The notes below the pieces were generated by a model. The model saw only the letters and a list, made by a program, of their open reading frames with translations. It was not told the DNA's origin and did not search any database. Shown in pieces: positions 41,262-51,600 of a stretch of 64,000 nt of DNA. A program made the translations under genes and the position numbers. Numbering within the stretch: the first letter of the stretch is position 1; the number at the start of each line of letters is the position of its first letter. The stretch spans positions 2,104 through 66,103 of the forward strand of contig CAZWDN010000002.1 in NCBI GenBank assembly GCA_964633125.1, given 5' to 3'. This DNA is from an uncultured Pirellula sp. Its GTDB lineage: Bacteria > Planctomycetota > Planctomycetia > Pirellulales > PNKZ01.

Positions 41262-41277
41262 CGGCACACCGGTTGCT
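41262..41277 (+). promoter_or_regulatory. Candidate sigma-54 (-24/-12) promoter for the flgF operon
   Basis: CGGCACACCGGTTGCT versus the consensus TGGCACG-N4-TTGCW. The GG (41263-64) and GC (41275-76) have exact 12-nt register. It lies 56 nt upstream of the flgF ATG, within a 269-nt intergenic region. Confidence 0.4.
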
Positions 41278-41332
41278 AATAGTGCTGCGTGTCGTGCAGG
41301 GGGGCCTGCCGACTCACTTGCTAGTTACGCAC

Positions 41333-42079
41333 ATGGCCTACGGAATGTACATCTCCGCCGAGGGAGCGCTGGCTCAGCAGCTCCGGCTGGAGACCATCTC
41401 GAATAACCTCGCGAACGTCGACACGACCGGATTTAAGCGCGATACGCCCCTCTTTCAGGCGCGATTCGCCGAAGCCGTCGACCGCGGCCTCGCCCAGCCG
41501 CAAGCCGGCACGATCAACGACGTCGGCGGCGGCGTCATGGTGCGCGAAACCGGAACCGACTTTTCCCCCGGCCCGCTCAAAAACACCGGCCAACCCACCG
41601 ATCTCGCGATCCGCGGCCGCGGCTTTTTCGTCGTCGATCGCGACGGCGAACAAATGCTGACCCGCGCCGGCAACTTCCAATTGACGGGCGACGGCGCGCT
41701 CGTCACCCCCGACGGATACCCCGTCATCAGCGAAGACGGCACGCCGATCATCGTCACTGAGCCGTGGCAATTTAGCGAAGACGGCACGATCACGACGCCC
41801 GACGGCATCGCCCGATTGGCCATCGCGGAACCGGCTTCCCTCGGCGACTTGGCCAAGGTCGGTGAAAACCTCTTCCGTCCGTTGGCTCCGACCGGCGCGC
41901 TGGCGCCGGAACTCCGCAGCGTGGCGCAAGGTATGGTCGAAGGTTCCGGCACGAACGCCGTGCGCGAGATGGTCGAGATGATCGAGACCACGCGTTCGTA
42001 TGAAGCCAACGTCAACATGATCCGCAATCACGATTCGATGTTCGGCACGCTGATCAGTCGCGTGCTTCGCGTCGGCTAA
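41333..42079 (+). CDS. flgF: Flagellar basal-body rod protein FlgF
   Basis: MAYGMYISAEGALAQQLRLETISNNLANVDTTGFKRD; the C-terminus EGSGTNAVREMVEMIETTRSYEAN is also present. The protein is 248 aa and sits upstream of flgG. Confidence 0.88.
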   Translation: MAYGMYISAEGALAQQLRLETISNNLANVDTTGFKRDTPLFQARFAEAVDRGLAQPQAGTINDVGGGVMVRETGTDFSPGPLKNTGQPTDLAIRGRGFFVVDRDGEQMLTRAGNFQLTGDGALVTPDGYPVISEDGTPIIVTEPWQFSEDGTITTPDGIARLAIAEPASLGDLAKVGENLFRPLAPTGALAPELRSVAQGMVEGSGTNAVREMVEMIETTRSYEANVNMIRNHDSMFGTLISRVLRVG

Positions 42080-42109
42080 TTTGTTTTCCCTATTCGGTAA
42101 GAGATAACC

Positions 42110-42916
42110 ATGAGCGTTCAATCGTTGTATACGGCCGCCACCGGCATGCAGGCCATGGAAACGAAGCTCGACGTGGTCGCCAATAATCTGGCGAACATCA
42201 ACACCACGGCGTACAAGAAAAGCCGCGCCAACTTCGAAGATTTGTTCTATCGCCAGATCAAGCTCCCCGGCGCACAAGACGCTCAAGGCAACTTTACGCC
42301 GACGGGCATTGCGGTCGGCCTGGGAACACGCGTTCAAAGCACGCAAACCGATTTCTCGCAAGGCGCTTTCGCCACGACGAACAATCCGCTCGACGTGGCC
42401 ATCGTCGGCCGCGGCTTCTTCATGGTGCAAGACCCCTCGAGCGGCCAAAACGTCTACACGCGTGAAGGGAACTTCTCGCTTAATTCGCAAGGAACGCTCG
42501 TCATCGGCTCGGCTCAAACCGGTCGCGTTTTGCAGCCGCAAATCAATATTCCGCAAGATGCCCTGGAAGTCGTCATTAGCTCCGACGGAAATGTTTCCTA
42601 CAACCAGGTCGGCAACCCGCAGTACCAACAGGCCGGTCAATTGCAGCTCGCGACCTTCATCAACCCGGAAGGTTTGCTCAAGCAAGGCGAAGGCATCTAC
42701 ACCGAAACGCAAGCTTCGGGCGCCGCCAACTTGGTGAATCCCGGCCAGCAAGGCGCCGGAACTCTCCAACAAAACGCGTTGGAGCAATCCAACGTCGAGC
42801 CGGTCCGCGAATTGATCGACTTGATCACGACGCAACGTTCCTTCGAATTGAATTCGCAGGCCGTACAGGCCGGCGATCAGGTGTTGCAGTTGGTTGCCAA
42901 CCTTCGCCGCTTCTAG
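42110..42916 (+). CDS. flgG: Flagellar distal rod protein FlgG
   Basis: LYTAATGMQAMETKLDVVANNLANINTTAYKKSRANFEDLFYRQIKLPG ... LEQSNVEPVRELIDLITTQRSFELNSQ is collinear with enteric FlgG. Confidence 0.95.
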   Translation: MSVQSLYTAATGMQAMETKLDVVANNLANINTTAYKKSRANFEDLFYRQIKLPGAQDAQGNFTPTGIAVGLGTRVQSTQTDFSQGAFATTNNPLDVAIVGRGFFMVQDPSSGQNVYTREGNFSLNSQGTLVIGSAQTGRVLQPQINIPQDALEVVISSDGNVSYNQVGNPQYQQAGQLQLATFINPEGLLKQGEGIYTETQASGAANLVNPGQQGAGTLQQNALEQSNVEPVRELIDLITTQRSFELNSQAVQAGDQVLQLVANLRRF

Positions 42917-42962
42917 CGGCTAACCGGCTCTATTCCGCTTGTTGACTTTGCTTGCAGAATCC

Positions 42963-44072
42963 ATGATCTCGATCAACACCAAAACTCGAATCGTCGCCTT
43001 GTCGCTCGCCTGCCTGCTCGGCGCATCGGCCGCACCGGCCGCCGAAGTGCGCATGAAGGCGCAAGCGCGTTGCCGTACGAGCGTCGTGTCGTTGGGCGAC
43101 GTGGCCGACGTGTTCGCCAACGACGAATTTCAACGCGATCAATTGGCCGGTATCGAGCTTGGCCCGGCGCCGCTGGCGGGCAACCGTAAGATTTTTCGCG
43201 TTCGCGAAGTGCAAGACGCACTGTGGATGCGCGGCATCAATCTCGCTCTGCACCAGTTCTCCGGCGTCGAACAGACGGAAGTCACTGCCGGAGGCGGCGA
43301 GGCCGTGCCGGTCGCTCCCGCAGCCTCGACGATCAATGCCAATCAACGCGAACGGGCCGAACGCTTTGTCGCGGAAGCCGTGGTGAAGACGCTTCAATCA
43401 GCGGCCGGCAATCGCGACCCGTTTCAGGTGCGCGTTTCGCTCTCTGATGTCCAATGCTCGACCGCATTGAGCTTGGGCGGTCGGATGTCGGCGCAAGGCG
43501 GCACGGCTCCATTCACCGGCAGCCAGACGCTTGCGCTATTCGATGATGCGGGCAAGAAGTTGTTTGATGTTAGCGCTGAAGCGGCCTTGCCGCCGAGCGT
43601 CGTCGTCGTGCAAAAGAATCTGCCGACGGGAACGATTATCCACGCCTCCGACGTCGCCCTCAAGCCGATCATGGCCGTCAATCCCGGCGTGCAACCGTTT
43701 CATTCGCTCGAGGAAGTGGTCGGCCGACAAACGACTTGGGCGATTCCCGCAGGTACCATTCTCAGCCGCACCGGCGTGCAGCGTCCGCAGGTCGTACGCC
43801 GCGGCGACGCCGTCACGCTTTACGCTCGCACCGCCGGAGTTCGCGTTCGTACGACGGTGCGGGCTCGCGAAGCGGGCGGACTTGGCGACCTGATCACCGT
43901 CGAATCGCTCACCGATCGAAGTCCTTTCTTTGCCCGCATCACCGGCGTGCAGGAAGCCGAAGTCTATGCCGATCCGGCAGTTTCGATCGCGCCCGTTCCG
44001 GCCACCGCCGCCGTGGCCCCCATCACGGCTTCCGGACCATTCAACTCCGCGGTAGGAGGCTTGCAACGATGA
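42963..44072 (+). CDS. flgA: Flagellar P-ring assembly chaperone FlgA (SAF domain)
   Basis: It has a signal peptide and a C-terminal SAF-like segment (IPAGTILSRTGVQRPQVVRRGDAVTLYARTAGVRVRTTVRAREAGGLGDLITV). It sits between flgG and flgH. At 369 aa it is longer than typical. Confidence 0.75.
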   Translation: MISINTKTRIVALSLACLLGASAAPAAEVRMKAQARCRTSVVSLGDVADVFANDEFQRDQLAGIELGPAPLAGNRKIFRVREVQDALWMRGINLALHQFSGVEQTEVTAGGGEAVPVAPAASTINANQRERAERFVAEAVVKTLQSAAGNRDPFQVRVSLSDVQCSTALSLGGRMSAQGGTAPFTGSQTLALFDDAGKKLFDVSAEAALPPSVVVVQKNLPTGTIIHASDVALKPIMAVNPGVQPFHSLEEVVGRQTTWAIPAGTILSRTGVQRPQVVRRGDAVTLYARTAGVRVRTTVRAREAGGLGDLITVESLTDRSPFFARITGVQEAEVYADPAVSIAPVPATAAVAPITASGPFNSAVGGLQR

Positions 44073-44740
44073 ACGTGCTAGCTCGCGCCTTGGTTCCCGC
44101 TTTACTCGTCGCTTGGGTCGGCGCCGCGGATAATGCGGTTGCGCAACGTTCCAGTTTGTACCAGCGTCAAACGGCGGTCGTGCCGCTATCGCTCGAAAAT
44201 AATTCCTGGCTCTACGTGCCGATGCCGCCGGTGCGTGAAGTTCAGGTCAACGATTTGGTTACGATTCTCGTCAAGCAAAAGCAGCAGTCGCAGAGCGAAG
44301 GGGAAATCAACCGCATCCAACAATCGAGCATCGACGCTCGTCTTCGCGACTGGGTCGAACTCGACGGCCTAAACATCAAGCTTGCTCCGCAGCGTCAAGG
44401 CGACCCGCGTGCCCGCGGTTCGCTCGACGGCACGCTGCGCACGAACGCCGAATTGGAATCGGCGTCGTTCGTGCAGTTCAACATCACCGCGACCGTGGTC
44501 GATATCCGCCCGAACGGCAACCTGGTGCTGGAAGCTCACAGCATGGTGAAAGACAATGACGAAGTCTGGGAGTCGTCGCTCTCGGGCATCGTACGGCGCG
44601 AAGATATCCAGCCGGACAATACCGTGTTCAGCGAAAAGATCGCCGAGCTCAGCATTCACAAGCGGGAAACCGGTCATATCAACGACGCCTATCGGCGCGG
44701 ATGGGCCTTGAAGTTCTACGACCAGTTTAAGCCGTTTTAA
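44069..44740 (+). CDS. flgH: Flagellar L-ring protein FlgH
   Basis: There is an ATGA overlap with flgA. SLYQ..., NDLVTILV, ITATVVDIRPNGNLVLEA and the C-terminus GWALKFYDQFKPF are collinear with FlgH. A signal peptide is present but there is no lipobox Cys. Confidence 0.88.
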   Translation: MNVLARALVPALLVAWVGAADNAVAQRSSLYQRQTAVVPLSLENNSWLYVPMPPVREVQVNDLVTILVKQKQQSQSEGEINRIQQSSIDARLRDWVELDGLNIKLAPQRQGDPRARGSLDGTLRTNAELESASFVQFNITATVVDIRPNGNLVLEAHSMVKDNDEVWESSLSGIVRREDIQPDNTVFSEKIAELSIHKRETGHINDAYRRGWALKFYDQFKPF

Positions 44741-44800
44741 TTGTGAGTTGAAAACGCTAGTTCGTCGATCCGCCGGTCATTGTTAGCCCGAGTCATTCGC

Positions 44801-45853
44801 ATGAAAAACCAACTTGCCACGTTTATTGCGGCCGTCGCCATCTTCGGGACGGTAGCGTCGACGCACGCGGCCGTGCGATTGAAGGATGTGGCCCGCGTCA
44901 AAGGCCAGGAAAGCAATTCGTTGCAAGGTTTGGGCTTGGTCGTCGGCTTGAAGGGCACGGGCGACGGCGGTAAGTATCTGCCGACGATTCGCAGTCTCGC
45001 CACGATGATGCAATACATGCGCAGCCCGGCTCTGGGGGGCGCGGCCGAATTAAAGGATGCGTCGAACGTCGCTCTGGTCATGGTTACCGCGACGGTTCCG
45101 CCGGGCGGCGCTCGCCAAGGTGATCAGATCGATTGCCAGGTTAGCTCGATCGGCGCCGCCAAGAGTTTAGCGGGCGGTCGATTGTTCCTCGCGGCTTTGC
45201 AAGGCCCGAACATCGATAATGCACAGGTCTTCGCCTTCGCTGAGGGCCTGCTGCACATCGACGATCCGTTGACCCCGACCGTCGGTAAGATTCACAACGG
45301 CTGCCGGATGGAAGAAGACTTCTTCAATCCGTTCATCGAAAACAACCAACTCACGCTCGTGCTCGATCGTAATCACGCCGACTTTGAAGTGGCCCAGGAA
45401 GTTGCGGAAGTCATTAACAGCCAATTGAGCATTCAGAGCGGCGAAGCCACGCCGGCCAAGGCCCTCAATTCGCAGAATATCGTCGTTAACGTACCGCAAC
45501 AGTATCGCGACGACTACGTGTTGTTCGTCAGCCAAATCATGTCGCTTTCCATGCCGGAACCGGCCGTGGAAGCACGCGTGGTGATTAACGAACGGGCCGG
45601 CAGCATCATCATCGGGTCCGACGTCGAGATCGGCGCCGTGGTGGTGAGCCACAAGAACATCGTGATCGAGACGGAGAACGCGTTGCCCGCAGATCGCTTT
45701 GTTCCGCTCGATCCGTCGGGCGCACAAGCCACAAAACTGAGGGCGCTCGTGTCGGCTTTGCAGGCAGTAAAGGTTCCGAACGCCGACATCATCGAAATCA
45801 TCAAAGGCTTGGAGCGCAACGGCAAGCTGCACGGCCGACTGATCATCGAATAG
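44801..45853 (+). CDS. flgI: Flagellar P-ring protein FlgI
   Basis: Signal peptide followed by RLKDVARVKGQESNSLQGLGLVVGLKGTGD and INERAGSIIIG. Confidence 0.93.
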   Translation: MKNQLATFIAAVAIFGTVASTHAAVRLKDVARVKGQESNSLQGLGLVVGLKGTGDGGKYLPTIRSLATMMQYMRSPALGGAAELKDASNVALVMVTATVPPGGARQGDQIDCQVSSIGAAKSLAGGRLFLAALQGPNIDNAQVFAFAEGLLHIDDPLTPTVGKIHNGCRMEEDFFNPFIENNQLTLVLDRNHADFEVAQEVAEVINSQLSIQSGEATPAKALNSQNIVVNVPQQYRDDYVLFVSQIMSLSMPEPAVEARVVINERAGSIIIGSDVEIGAVVVSHKNIVIETENALPADRFVPLDPSGAQATKLRALVSALQAVKVPNADIIEIIKGLERNGKLHGRLIIE

Positions 45854-45914
45854 GTTGGTCGCAGGTCGTCGGCATGCACGTGGGCACGTTCTGGATTAAT
45901 CAAAGAGATAAACA

Positions 45915-46253
45915 ATGAGCGGCATCGGATCGGTAAGCGGCGGGTTCTCGGCGATGGTAGGAAATGCATCGTCGGAGTTGGCGCAATCGCGAATCGACGC
46001 CAAGGCCGCGGCGACGGAAAAGGACACCGAACTACGGTCCGCTTTCGATAAGTTCGTCGGCGAAGTGTTCTTCGGCCAGATGATGGAAAGCATGCGGAAA
46101 ACCGTGGGAAAGCCGGCGTATATGCACGGCGGCCGGGGCGAAGAGGCCTTCCAGAAGCAGCTCGATCAAGTGCTTTCCGAAGAAATGACCAAAGCCTCGG
46201 CGTCGCAGTTCTCCGAACCGATGTTCGAGCTGTTTACCCTCAACCGTAGTTAG
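45915..46253 (+). CDS. flgJ: Rod-binding protein (FlgJ N-terminal domain only; no muramidase domain)
   Basis: FDKFVGEVFFGQMMESMRKT...GGRGEEAFQKQLDQVLSEEM matches the Rod_binding pattern. It is 112 aa and sits after flgI. Confidence 0.7.
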   Translation: MSGIGSVSGGFSAMVGNASSELAQSRIDAKAAATEKDTELRSAFDKFVGEVFFGQMMESMRKTVGKPAYMHGGRGEEAFQKQLDQVLSEEMTKASASQFSEPMFELFTLNRS

Positions 46254-46320
46254 AAGCCGGTACGCACGTCGTACGGTTGGATTTAGCACCGCGTACTCTT
46301 TGCGATCAGACGGAATTCCG

Positions 46321-46812
46321 ATGTCGACCGAAGCAGGGTGGGAAACAGAACTCGCGGATTACCTCAACGATCTCTCGTCGGCGCAAGACGAGCTACTCGA
46401 CGTGTTGCGCCGAAAGCTGCGCCTCTTGGCGACGGCCGATCGCGAAGGCTTGCACGCTATCGGAGAAGTCGAGCAATCGCTCGGCGAGCGCTTGCAGGGA
46501 TGCTATCAGCGTCGTTGCGAAATGCTCGAACGCGCACAGCGCGTCGGCTTGCCTTCCGATAGTCTGCAGGCACTCTCCGGAGCACTGCCGGGAAAGCAAC
46601 GCCGGCAACTCGAAGCGCGCGTTGCTGAAGCCGCCGGCAAAACACGGCTGTTGCAGCATCAAAGTCTAACCAATTGGGTGGTGACGCAGCGCTCATTGCT
46701 ACATCTCTCTCATTTGCTGGAGATTATCGCAACCGGCGGAAAACTCTGTCCGACATACGGAAGAGAGGAGTCGAGCCCGACGGGGGGCGCGTTGTTAGAT
46801 CGCGCCGTCTAG
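46321..46812 (+). CDS. flgN: FlgN-like flagellar export chaperone
   Basis: It is helical, with an FlgN-like N-terminal pattern (LADYLNDLSSAQDELLDVLRRKLRLLATADREGL). It sits immediately upstream of flgK-flgL. The assignment rests mainly on context. Confidence 0.55.
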   Translation: MSTEAGWETELADYLNDLSSAQDELLDVLRRKLRLLATADREGLHAIGEVEQSLGERLQGCYQRRCEMLERAQRVGLPSDSLQALSGALPGKQRRQLEARVAEAAGKTRLLQHQSLTNWVVTQRSLLHLSHLLEIIATGGKLCPTYGREESSPTGGALLDRAV

Positions 46813-46941
46813 GAAAACCGGGTCGGCTCCCGTCAAGCGAAGGACCGCTTGAGATTCGCGCCAAGTATTGCCGGCGGAGCCGGCGATCGGTGCGAGCCTT
46901 CGGCGGTCGCTGCGCGGACCTAGTCCCGGGTGATCCGCTCG

Positions 46942-48642
46942 ATGTCGCTCTTCAGCAGCTTACAACTGGCCACGAATGCGCTCCACTCGCAGTCGATCGG
47001 ACTGCAAGTGGTCGGCCAGAACATCGCGAACGTCAACACGCCCGGCTATAGCCGCGCGACGACGGTCTTCACCCCTGCCCCGACGCAACGCGTCGGCAAT
47101 TTGCTGCTGGGGCTCGGCGTCGAAGTCGACTCGATTAAGCAGATCATCGACGAGCATCTCAATTCCCGCTTGCGCGCCGCAACGGCTGATCGGGTCGGCG
47201 GCGAGGTGCAGGAGAACGCTTACGGCCAGCTCGAAGGGATCATCAACGAACTTCAGGACAACGACCTCAGCACGTCGCTGAACAACTTCCTCGGCGCGAT
47301 CTCGCAGGTACTGAACCAGCCGGAAAGCGTTTCGGTCCGCAACTTAGCGGTGTTGCAAGGAAAAACGCTCGCCGGCGACATTAATCGGCTGGCAAGTCGC
47401 GCCGGTGAAGTGCGGGACGATCTCAACTCGCAGATCGCCGACCTGGAGCCCGACGTCAACCGCCTGCTGCAGCGCATCGCGGAACTGAACGTCAAGATCG
47501 CGACGACCGAAGGGGGCGGTTCACTCGGTAGCGACGCGGTCGGCTTGCGAGATCAGCGCAGCGAAGCGTTGCAAAAGCTATCCGAACTCATTGATATCAA
47601 AACCCAAGAGCAAACAAGCGGCGCCGTCAATGTTTACGCCGGGGGCGACTTCCTGATTTTTGAAGGTACCTACCGACAGGTCGAAACGATTCATACCCAG
47701 GAAAACGGCCTTAACGTCGCGAAGCTGCAGATTCAAGAAACCGACGCTCCGCTAACTGCCTCCACCGGAAAGCTCGCCGGACTGATTGATGCGCGCGACA
47801 ATATCGTCGCCGGGTTTATGGAGAACCTCGACGGTTTCGCCAAGACGCTGTCTTTCGAATTCAACAAGGTGTTCTCGTCGGGACAGGGCCTGAGCGGCTA
47901 TACGTCGCTTACGGCCGAGAACGTTCCGAGCAACGCCGACGCGCCCTTAGATGCGGCGGGGCTGGCGAACATTCCCGTCAACGGCACGTTCAATATCGTC
48001 GTTCACAACAAGCAGACCGATCTGTCGAAGACGACGCAAATCCGCGTCGACCTCAACGGCCTCGACGGCGACGATTTGACGCTCAATAAGCTCGTCGCTC
48101 AACTGAATACGGTCGACGGCGTATCGGCATCGCTTGACTCTCGCGGCCGGTTGGTGCTTGCGAGTAGTTCGCCGAACTCCGAATTCGCCTTCGGTGACGA
48201 TACGTCGGGACTGCTGGCGTCGCTCGGCATCAATACGTTCTTTACGGGATCGACCGCGAGCGATTTGGGCGTGAGCCGCGTGATGACCGCCGACCCGTCG
48301 AAGTTTGCCGCCAGTCGATCCGGTATCGACGGTGATACGCAAAATGCCGTCGCGCTGGCGGGGTTCGCCAATCGCCTGCTCGATTCGGCAGACGGCAAGT
48401 CAATCTCCGACATCTACGATCAACTCGTCAGCGGCGTAACGCAAGGGTCGGCGGTTGCGAAATCCGTCGCCGAGGGGTTTCGCACCTTTGAGACGACGCT
48501 GAAAGGGCAGCAGCTCGCCGTTAGCGGCGTCAATCTGGACGAAGAAGCGGTTTCCATGATGAGTTATCAGCGCGCATTTCAAGCTTCCGCCAAATTCATT
48601 TCGACGATCAACGACCTACTCGAGTTGCTGACGCAGATCTAG
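46942..48642 (+). CDS. flgK: Flagellar hook-associated protein 1 FlgK
   Basis: MSLFSSLQLATNALHSQSIGLQVVGQNIANVNTPGYSR at the N-terminus and VNLDEEAVSMMSYQRAFQASAKFISTINDLLELL at the C-terminus. Confidence 0.9.
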   Translation: MSLFSSLQLATNALHSQSIGLQVVGQNIANVNTPGYSRATTVFTPAPTQRVGNLLLGLGVEVDSIKQIIDEHLNSRLRAATADRVGGEVQENAYGQLEGIINELQDNDLSTSLNNFLGAISQVLNQPESVSVRNLAVLQGKTLAGDINRLASRAGEVRDDLNSQIADLEPDVNRLLQRIAELNVKIATTEGGGSLGSDAVGLRDQRSEALQKLSELIDIKTQEQTSGAVNVYAGGDFLIFEGTYRQVETIHTQENGLNVAKLQIQETDAPLTASTGKLAGLIDARDNIVAGFMENLDGFAKTLSFEFNKVFSSGQGLSGYTSLTAENVPSNADAPLDAAGLANIPVNGTFNIVVHNKQTDLSKTTQIRVDLNGLDGDDLTLNKLVAQLNTVDGVSASLDSRGRLVLASSSPNSEFAFGDDTSGLLASLGINTFFTGSTASDLGVSRVMTADPSKFAASRSGIDGDTQNAVALAGFANRLLDSADGKSISDIYDQLVSGVTQGSAVAKSVAEGFRTFETTLKGQQLAVSGVNLDEEAVSMMSYQRAFQASAKFISTINDLLELLTQI

Positions 48643-48684
48643 TTCTTAGTTCCTTCGCCGCTCGGCAATTGCGGGACGCCCGAC

Positions 48685-51600
48685 ATGGCCATCAATTCAG
48701 TTCCGACGACGCGACTCAGCAGTCCGTTCGTCACTCAACAGATTCTGTCGCAGATGTCGACGAATCAAGCGAATCTGTTTCGCGTACAGAGTCAGTTGAG
48801 TTCGGGTCGCCGGGTATTGTCGCCGAGCGACGACGCTCCGGCCGCATCGCGCGCGATGGCGTTGCAGTCGTTGTTGGAACGAAAAGGCATCATTCAAGAG
48901 AGCTACGCGACCAATCAGACTTACCTGAATTCCTCGGAAGCGGCTATCGGAAGCGTGGCGACGATGCTCGCCGACGCACGAGCGACGGCAATCAGCATGG
49001 TCGGCGACAACGTTAGTCCCTCCGAGCGCTCCGCCGCCGTGGCCTCCATCGACCTCGCCATCCAACAGTTACTCGATACCAGCAATCAAAAGTTCCGCGA
49101 TCGCTATCTTTTCGCCGGTTCGAAAACGTTGTCGTCTCCTTACGTGAAAACTCAAGACGGCGTGGTCTTTCAAGGCAATGAAGGAGAACTCGTCGCCTTC
49201 TCCGATATCGATCGGCTCTTTCAATCAAACGTGTCGGGAAGTCAAGTCTTCGGCGGGTTCTCGCAGCCCTCGGGCATCGCGACGGATTTGAATCCGGTCT
49301 TAACATGGGATACGCGACTTTCCGACTTGCGCGGCGGCGAGGGGATTCGCACCGGCAGCATATCGGTGAGCGACGGTACGAACGCGCGGACCATCAGCAT
49401 CGCCGGCGCAGCGACGATCGGCGATATCGCACGCTTGCTGGAAGCCAATCCGCCGGGGAATCGGGTCGTCACGGCCCGCGTGACGAGCCGCGGCTTGGAA
49501 GTGTCGCTCGACGGGGGCAATTTGCTGATCGGCGAAGTCGCCGGCGGCACGACTGCGGCGGAACTGGGCATCAAACGCACGATTCCCGCCGGGCCGGGAC
49601 CGGTCGTCGGAGAGGATCTCAATCCGCAGTTGAAACTGACCACCAACTTGACCGACGTGTTCGGCGGTCGTTCACGTACATACGTCAACGCAGACGGTAG
49701 TCGCAACGATCTCATCATCGAGGCCGTAAACTCCGGCGCACAGTACAATGATGTCCAGATCAAGTACGTCGATGACGATTGGTTCCAGTCGACGCCGGGT
49801 CTGACGCAGGGAAACGAAACCGCTCAGTATCTTACGACTGCCGCGGCGGCCGTGTCGTTTCTGAAGTTCCCCGGCCGGCCGGGCCTCGATAACGCGATTC
49901 AACTCACGGCGAATACTCCCGGTGCCGCGTACAACAACGTGACTACGTCGCTCAATGTCCGCGCCGTCGATGGTCTCGGTCCGCAAGTGACGTTCAATGC
50001 GACGACGAATCTCTATTCCATCTCCGTGGAAACCGGCACGACCGTCGGTTCGTTACTGACCTCGATCAACGGCGGAGCGGGGGCATTTAGCGCTTCATTA
50101 ACGCCGACCGGGAACGGGGCGTACGTGCTTACCGCGGCCGACAACAACGTGGCGGCTGGAAACACTTACCTCACCGGTTCCGACGCCGGCACGCTCGTGG
50201 TCCACATCGACCCGACGCATTCGACGGCCAACGACGTCATTGCTGCGATTGCCGCTGAGGGGACGTTCTCGGCTTCGCTCGACCCGAGCGAAGAACAGAA
50301 CGACGGCAACGGTACGGTAAAAGACTCTTTCATCGACGCGTTAGCGGTGGGGACCACTTACGGCGGTGCCGGCGAAAACCTTGATCTCGCAAGCGGCCTC
50401 CAGATCGTCAACGGTTCGAAGACCGTGACGATCGACTTCACCGGTGCAAAGACCGTGGAGGACATGCTCAACGTGATCAACGGTGCCGGCGCCAATGTGC
50501 TCGCCTCGCTAAATGCCGCAGGTACGGGTATCGAGATTCGCTCGCGATTGAGCGGCGCGACGTTTTCCGTCGGCGAGAACGGCGGACGATTGGCCACGCA
50601 GCTCGGCATACGCACCACGACCGAGAATACGGTGCTTACCTCGCTCAACGGCGGGCAGGGAGTGCGCCTTTCAACGACCTCGGACGACTTTTCCGTCACC
50701 AGTCGAAACGGCACGACTTACAACGTCAATCTTTCCCAAGGAAACGCCGCATCGGTTCGTGTTGCGGGGGCGGGGGCGGACAGCGGGCTACTCATCAGCC
50801 GAGTAGATCGCGGAATCGCGGGAAACCAGTTTAGCGTGCAGATCGTCGACTCGGGACTTGGCGGTGGTGATTCCGTCGCACTGGTGGGCAACACGCTCAG
50901 ATTTACGGTCGACGTTGCGGCCGGCTTCACTGCGCAGGAAGCACGGCAGTTACTCGCCAACGATGTGACGCTCGCAGGCCAGTTCAACGCCGTGCTCGAT
51001 AAGTCCATCGACACGACCAATGCCGGCACGGGCAATTTGGCGGCGACGGGCGTTCTTTCCTTTACTAACGGCGCCGGACCGGCGCAAACGATCGGCGACG
51101 TACTGGCGTTGATCAACAACAATCCCGCAAATCTTGCCGGCGACTCCCCGGTGACGGCACGACTCGTGCAAACGGGCAACGGCATCGAATTGATCAATGA
51201 CGGTCCGCCGAGCAGCGGTAGCCTGAGCATAACGCGCATCGGTACGAGTTCGGCGGCCGAAGATCTAGGCCTAGTTAATTCTGCCGACAGTGCGAGCGGC
51301 GTCGTGGTGGTGGGAAATACTGCGAAGTCGACGCTGACGCTCGCCGGAGCGGACAACGACTTGGTGATTTCGGCCCGTGGCAGCGGTGCAACGCTAAACG
51401 GAGTAACGATTCACTTTGCCGACGACGGCGTGCCGGGCAACAACTCCGTGGCCTACAATACGACGACCAGAACGTTGACGTTCGACGTCGATCCTGCGAC
51501 GACCACGGCCCAGGATATCGTCGATCTACTTGCCGGCGACCCGCGATTCGTCGCCAGTCTCGCAAGTTCCGACGGCGGAGCGGCGAACAGCGGTGCCGGA

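Noticed and set aside
41321-42835. 504-aa minus-strand ORF antisense to flgF/flgG. Similar long antisense ORFs occur at 54644-56641 (665 aa) and 53579-54628 (349 aa) opposite fliC, 26536-27966 (476 aa) opposite polX, 23858-24796 opposite the GT2 gene, 14895-15827, 11173-11970 and 643-1479.
   Set aside because: Each lies opposite a gene with clear family-level similarity. The translations are Arg/Gly/Asp-rich low-complexity strings typical of stop-poor antisense frames in high-GC DNA, and none shows a recognisable domain.
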